A stretch of 64,000 nt of DNA from an uncultured Poribacteria bacterium (GTDB lineage Bacteria; Poribacteria; WGA-4E; WGA-3G), in the NCBI GenBank assembly GCA_951813565.1, contig OX638351.1:1344001-1408000 (forward strand). The letters run 5' to 3'. Below are positions 58,690 to 64,000 of this stretch, piece by piece. Position numbers and translations under genes: made by a program. Within the stretch, counting starts at the first letter, position 1. Each line of letters starts with the position of its first letter. The notes beneath the pieces were generated by a model. It did no database searches. It was given only the letters and a program-made list of their open reading frames with translations, and had not been told where the DNA came from.

Positions 58690-60064
58690 GTCATAGGTAC
58701 CCACTACCTAAAGGTAGGGGCTTGTGCTTCCTCGCGACTGCGGTTTTCGCTTAGCGTCCACCGTCTTATTGTCGCTCCACTTTAGGCAGCCAAGCCTGCC
58801 CGTTTGATATTGATAGCAGCATTGATGTCTCTGTCGTGGTGTGAGCCACATTTGGGGCATGTCCACTGTCTATCTGATAGAGAGAGTTCTTCGTTATGGT
58901 ATCTACATGCACTGCAAGGTTTTGTCGTTGCTGTCCATTGACTGATTTTCGCCAGTTTTTTGCCGTGCTTCGCACACTTCTGTTCCAATATCTGAAGAAA
59001 CTGGTAGAAAGAATGGTCAGAAACTTTACGCCCCCATAATCGTTTCATACCGTCAAGGTTCAGCGTTTCCAAAATGAGTGTGTCAAACTCTACACAAAGT
59101 TTTGAGGCAAGTTTCCATTGCCAATCTTCTCTTTGTCGGGCAACTTTTCTGTGTTGTCTTGCCAAAGCACGGCACGCACGATAATAGTTGTTAGAACCTT
59201 TGACTTTACGACTGAGTGCTTTGTTGAGAGATCGCAACGTGTTGAGTGATTGTTTGAAAAACTGCGGGGATTCTATTGTGTCCCCTTCGTCGCTTGTGAG
59301 GAATGTTTTGTTTCCGTAATCAAATCCTGCGCTCTTACCCGTCTTGGGTTTGGGTTCGGAATCGTCAACATTCTCGCACGAAAAGCATATCCAATAGTCA
59401 CCGCACCTGTCACGTTTGATGGTGATCGTCTTGATGACACCTTTGATTTCACGGTGTTTGTGAAAGGAAAACCATGTATCTATACAATTGATTTTGATAC
59501 GCTTATCTTCCAATGTATAGCCAGCTTGAGTGAATGTCATAGAATTGTATTTGTGTCTCGGTTTGATTTTCGGTCTACCGACTTTACGCGTTGTTTTGCC
59601 CGCTTTTCGGTCTTCGATATTCTCAAAGAAAGCGTCTTGAGATTTACCATAACGCAGCACAACGTCTTGCACAACTTGGCTCGGCAAGTCTGCCCAATGC
59701 GGTTTTGTCCGCTTTTTGAGTTTCGCAACATGTGCGTTTATACGATACGCGGATAGGTTCTTTCCAAATATAAGGTAATACCTACGTGCCAAACGCATGA
59801 TATGCACGTGGATTTCCCACATATCGTCAAGCAGGTTGCCAAGTTTGTGTGTGTTCTTTTGGTTTTGTATCTTATATTTATAGGTTTTTCTCATGATATG
59901 CTGTTTCTGTGAAGAGTCCGTTTCCCATTGTAGTGGTGTGGCAGCTGCTACAACAACTACCACTGAAACGGTCTAATTAGTATATCAGGGTTTCATTTCA
60001 ATGTCAAGGTTTTTGCCCGTTTACATCCCACAAGCTAAAGCATGGGGATTTGACGGGAAGAGCG
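58690..60064 (-). mobile_element. IS605/IS1341-type TnpB-only element B
   Basis: TTTAA 5' of the left end (60065-60069, minus strand); same left end and promoter as element A; right-end hairpin ending in TGAC. Confidence 0.8.
58782..59894 (-). CDS. tnpB: RNA-guided endonuclease TnpB, intact, 370 aa
   Basis: GFDYG, LETL, CSAC/CPKC, HDRDINAAINI. Confidence 0.9.
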   Translation of the reverse strand: MRKTYKYKIQNQKNTHKLGNLLDDMWEIHVHIMRLARRYYLIFGKNLSAYRINAHVAKLKKRTKPHWADLPSQVVQDVVLRYGKSQDAFFENIEDRKAGKTTRKVGRPKIKPRHKYNSMTFTQAGYTLEDKRIKINCIDTWFSFHKHREIKGVIKTITIKRDRCGDYWICFSCENVDDSEPKPKTGKSAGFDYGNKTFLTSDEGDTIESPQFFKQSLNTLRSLNKALSRKVKGSNNYYRACRALARQHRKVARQREDWQWKLASKLCVEFDTLILETLNLDGMKRLWGRKVSDHSFYQFLQILEQKCAKHGKKLAKISQWTATTKPCSACRYHNEELSLSDRQWTCPKCGSHHDRDINAAINIKRAGLAA

Positions 60065-60118
60065 TTAAAGTGTGGCATATCTTGACAAAAAATAGATCAT
60101 GGTATGTGCGCTTTTTTA

Positions 60119-61036
60119 CTATTTGTGCGTATGTGTTTCAGATAGGACTTTTTCAAAAGCGTAGGTCCAGTCAACAACTTTATAACCACAGTTGCTGTAA
60201 AAAAGCAATGCGAGATTATTGTCCCAACTCGTGCTGAGCGACGCGTGGCGGTAGCCGACTTTGTGCATCTCTTGAAGTGAGTACTGAAGTAGGAATTTAC
60301 CTAAACCTTGTCCCTGAAACGCATCTTCAACACCGATCCAGTCGGTATAGACCCAGTTTTGTGCGTCCGGATGGGTAGAATACTCACCACCAGAAACGGA
60401 CCAACAAACACCAACTTCTTCACTATCTCGGTGTGCTGTTATGTTACAGTTCGGCAGTTTTCCACGACCTTGCTTCCAATCAACAGTAAGCGTTACCAAC
60501 AAACTTGGAGGTGTTGGTAAAACAGTGAAGTTTTCCCAATCTAAAAAAAACTGTCCATTGCAACGTTGATAACCGTTGAGTCCAAGTAGTGCTTGAACGT
60601 GGTCAAGCCTGTCCGATAAGTGTGCATATTCAAAGTGGTAGAAACGATATCGATAGATTTTAGAAAAAGCGATTATTCGAGAAACGTTATACGTTTTTAG
60701 ATAGGTTTCTGCCTTTTCAAGCACGGTTTGCCCAGCATTTCGCATACCACGTTCGTAACCTACAAAACAGATTACACCTATGCTGTCTCCATCATCTCCA
60801 TTCTGATAATAACCTACGTGAACAAACGCCTGTACCACACCATTTTGCATCGCGACGAGCACCATCTCTGAATCAAGATCACCATGAACATTGTCAGTTT
60901 GATCAGTAACACCGTTTAACGCAAAAGCCAATTCCTTTTCCTTAACCGTATAACAATGGGGAACGTTAGCGGTCAAGCGATTATAAAATTGTGTTGTGGG
61001 TGTAAGGAGGTCGGGCGTATATTGGAGAATCTTCAT
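60119..61036 (-). CDS. GNAT family acetyltransferase
   Basis: FQGQGLGK acetyl-CoA motif, N..AL.FY...GY. Confidence 0.8.
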   Translation of the reverse strand: MKILQYTPDLLTPTTQFYNRLTANVPHCYTVKEKELAFALNGVTDQTDNVHGDLDSEMVLVAMQNGVVQAFVHVGYYQNGDDGDSIGVICFVGYERGMRNAGQTVLEKAETYLKTYNVSRIIAFSKIYRYRFYHFEYAHLSDRLDHVQALLGLNGYQRCNGQFFLDWENFTVLPTPPSLLVTLTVDWKQGRGKLPNCNITAHRDSEEVGVCWSVSGGEYSTHPDAQNWVYTDWIGVEDAFQGQGLGKFLLQYSLQEMHKVGYRHASLSTSWDNNLALLFYSNCGYKVVDWTYAFEKVLSETHTHK

Positions 61037-61054
61037 CTGTTTTCCTATTTCTTT

Positions 61055-61280
61055 TTATGGAACCTCCCATAGCAGGATTGTTCCGTCAGTACTACCACTG
61101 GCAAGTGTTTTCCTATTTGGACTGAACGTTAAAGAATTGACAATCCATTTATGCCCGGCGAAGGTTTGCTTATGCTTCCCGGTTTCTACATCCCATAATC
61201 TTATTTTACCGTTCTTACCCACACCAGCTACTGTTTTTCCATTAGGAGAATACGCAATAGAATCAACCGTATTACTAAAC
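61055..61280 (-). pseudogene. WD40-repeat C-terminal fragment
   Basis: Two WD40 units (SIAYSPNGKT...IRLWD; GH...FSPNRKTLASGSTDGTILLWE), too short for a full propeller. Confidence 0.65.
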
Positions 61281-61447
61281 ATTTCTCTATGATAAGGATT
61301 ATGATCGCGATTTCGCACCAGAACCAGAATAGGAGGAATGAGACGAAAACTTACCACCTATTCCACAGGCAGGTATCCGTTTGGGTATCTGCCTTTACTT
61401 TTGCCCACCTTCACTCTTTTACCACTCTTTTGTTCCCTAAATCTCTG

Positions 61448-62140
61448 CTATAAACTCACAAACGATTTCGCCCGCCGCACAATACCAGAAAAATAGCAGA
61501 GTCGATCATAATATTCTATCACCCGTTTCACATACTGGCGCGTCTCGTTGTAACCTCTAAAATACCCGTGCGGTGGTACACCCGCTTCCCAAACTTCGCT
61601 GTGTAATTTCTTATCTTTTTCTGTGAGTAGACTGAGACTTGTCCTAATAGATTCCCACTGATGTGGTTGATCCTTGCGGTGCGTCGCAATTTTCTGTGCA
61701 TCCTTGATATGTCCACGTCCGCCATTATAACTGGCTAATGCAATACGCACACGATTCGGATGTGAACTCTCTGGATAGAGATCGTATAAACTGCGAAGAT
61801 AACGGGTTGCGCCAGCAATGCTTTCATGAGCTTCAAAAGGATCGGTTACACCAAGTTCTTTTGCTGTTTCAGGCATCAGCTGCATCAATCCCTTCGCGCC
61901 AGCAGGACTCACGGCATTTTCGTTAAATCCAGATTCTTGGACAATCAGGGCAGTAATAAGCCGCCAATCCAACTGATGTGTTGCAGCATGTTTTTGGATC
62001 ACCGGACGGTACTTTAGAATCTTTGGGGAAACAGCGAGAAGACGAACACCGTTCCAATCACGGACGAATACGGTAAAGCCTCCAATCAGTAGCGTACAGA
62101 TGATAATTCTCACAAGAATGCGTCTTGTCATCTTTACCAT
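61448..62140 (-). CDS. Lytic transglycosylase (SLT/MltF-like catalytic domain)
   Basis: QESGF, GAKGLMQLMP, ASYNGG, ETRQYV. Confidence 0.9.
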   Translation of the reverse strand: MVKMTRRILVRIIICTLLIGGFTVFVRDWNGVRLLAVSPKILKYRPVIQKHAATHQLDWRLITALIVQESGFNENAVSPAGAKGLMQLMPETAKELGVTDPFEAHESIAGATRYLRSLYDLYPESSHPNRVRIALASYNGGRGHIKDAQKIATHRKDQPHQWESIRTSLSLLTEKDKKLHSEVWEAGVPPHGYFRGYNETRQYVKRVIEYYDRLCYFSGIVRRAKSFVSL

Positions 62141-62503
62141 GTGAGTCCAACCCTTTCTCGTCAATGTGCGGTAGGTTCGGTTTCCTAACCGAACCGAATG
62201 TACCCGAGTCCGTAGTTTTAGGTTGGGTAGAGCGAAGCGAACCCCACAACTGTCAACTTAAGTTAAGGCACCTTACGTGCTAAATACGCAAACGGTAGGC
62301 GCTGAATGCCATAAAGGTATTCACAGCGTCGATTTTGCGTTTTGTAAACGCGCCGAGACCAGACCTAAAACGAGAGAAACAGAGCGTTTACAAAACGCCC
62401 GTACCAGGGTGAAAAAAACTTGTAAGCCCGATTTAACGATATTCAATCAGAAAAATCGGGGTTGAAAACCCCTCCCACAAGAAGATATATCCTACATTCC
62501 GCA

Positions 62504-63961
62504 GGGTGTGTAAAGTTTTTGGCATGAAATTGAAATGAATGGAGTTCTTGTAGAAAATGTATATAACTGGTATCCTACCCTAATAATTATCACACTATTA
62601 TAGGAGAGGATACCAATGCCAAGTATATCATTAAGTCCTTGTGAAGGCAACGATTACAAAGCAGATTTTAACGAGTTTGTAAAAGAGATCAACGATCTTT
62701 ATGTAGACATCAATTCTGACGAGGGTTTATCTTTAGGTGATGTTGAAGTCCGTGTTTCCGAAGCATTTTGTTCTTTTAAACAAAAGTTTTTAGAAATGTG
62801 TGTTTCTAAAAAGTCAAATAAGAAAGAGCGTGAACCAGTTGAATGTCCAGCGTGTCAAGAACTTTGTCGTCCATTGCGTATGCGTGCGCGTTATTTCACA
62901 ACACTTTGTGGAAAAACAAGCGTAAATCGTTGGGTGTATTGTTGTGAACAAGGACATCGTCACGCGCCGTGGGAGGTCAAACAGAAGTTATTGGGTCAAT
63001 ACACGCGTCGTGTTGCTGAAGCGATGTGTCGTCTGTCTGCCCTTCTTGACTATAGAGAAGCGGCATCGGAGTTGTCGCATCAAGGTATAGAAGTCAGCCA
63101 CACGACGCTCCAACACAAAGTGAGTGAATGGTCAGAAGATTTGAGCGTCTGTGAACAAGTGGCACCTCAAAAACTCGCAGAAAATCAGCGTTGGTATGTA
63201 AGTTGTGATGGATGCTACACCAACTCTACTGATGGATGGCAAGAGACAAAAGTCGGTTGTGTTTACAGAGATTATCCACAATGTGGTTCTGATGCGGTGT
63301 CAAGTGCGAGAGAGACAAGTATCCGTTATGTTGCAACGCGTAATGATGCAGCACATTTTGGTAAGGAGTTATATGCGTTAGCAACCAATAGTGGCATCTA
63401 CCAAGAAGCGATAGATACGCAAGAGATTGTGTTTCTTGGTGATGGTGCAGCGTGGATATGGAACTTAGCAGATGAATACTTTCCCAATGCTGTTGAGATT
63501 GTGGATTACAAGCACGCGAAATCTCATCTGTCCGATGTTGCTAAAGTTGCGTTCGGAGAGACTGAAACAGAGGCGATACAAGACTGGGTAAAAAGGACAG
63601 AACCTATCCTTTATGATGGCAACATTACAGAAGTAGCCGCACGCATTCGTGGCTTAGACACACAGACCCCGGAAGTATCGGATATTTTAGAAAGAGAAGC
63701 GCGGTATTTCGAAAAACACGCGAAGCGAATGCAGTATAAAGCGTTTAGAGAAAAAGGGTATCAGATTGGCAGTGGTGTGATTGAAAGTGCGTGTAAACAT
63801 GTTGTCGGACAAAGAGGCAAACAAGCTGCTATGAGATGGGAGAAACCGGGTATCAATGCTGTGCTGAAGTGGAGGTGTTTGTTGAAAAATGAAGCATGGA
63901 ATAATTATTGGTATACAAACACAAAAGCAGCGTGATATTCATGCCAAAAACTTTACACACC
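62504..63961 (+). mobile_element. ISKra4-like IS, copy 3 (transposase 62616-63935)
   Basis: TIR gggtgtgtaaagtttttggcatgaa / ttcatgccaaaaactttacacacc; DDE motifs as in copies 1 and 2. Confidence 0.85.
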
Positions 63962-64000
63962 GGGTGTGTAAAGTTTTTGGCATGAAATTGAAATGAATGG
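63962..64000 (+). mobile_element. Left end of a further ISKra4-like copy directly abutting copy 3
   Basis: 39 bp identical to 62504-62542. Confidence 0.8.

Noticed and set aside
58782..59963. TnpB as Cas12f or catalytically dead TldR; 393-aa GTG start
   Set aside because: No array, RuvC residues intact, IS ends present; the N-terminal extension reads through the RNA leader.

Overview
Bacterial chromosomal window. The gene repertoire (LamG proteins ending in a KLATTW motif, PhyH, several Gfo/Idh/MocA proteins, DUF1080, WD40, FGE-sulfatase) suggests Candidatus Poribacteria; this is an inference, not a database result. Housekeeping core: a UPF0182 gene running off the left edge, leuB, a divergent pgi, an NtrY/NtrX-like two-component pair, pseudopilin plus pilD, and infC(ATA start)-rpmI-rplT-[T-box]-pheS-pheT-ubiE/menG. 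The mobilome is dense: three mosaic ISKra4-like IS copies with a derived MITE and an abutted end-to-end junction, two TnpB-only IS605-type elements with candidate TAM TTTAA, IS630, IS1595, an IS3 remnant, a frameshifted IS200/RAYT-like HUH transposase, and many MITEs and REPs. A decayed accessory region at 48-58 kb holds an ABC-ATPase plus small nuclease-like gene pair and restriction-modification remnants. The most unusual signal comes from comparing repeated sequences: many independent 2-nt block substitutions all create GTCC/GGAC, and Gly codons are biased to GGA before C. This suggests an undescribed motif-directed mutational process, though a systematic sequencing artefact must be excluded. 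No CRISPR array, rRNA or tRNA was seen.
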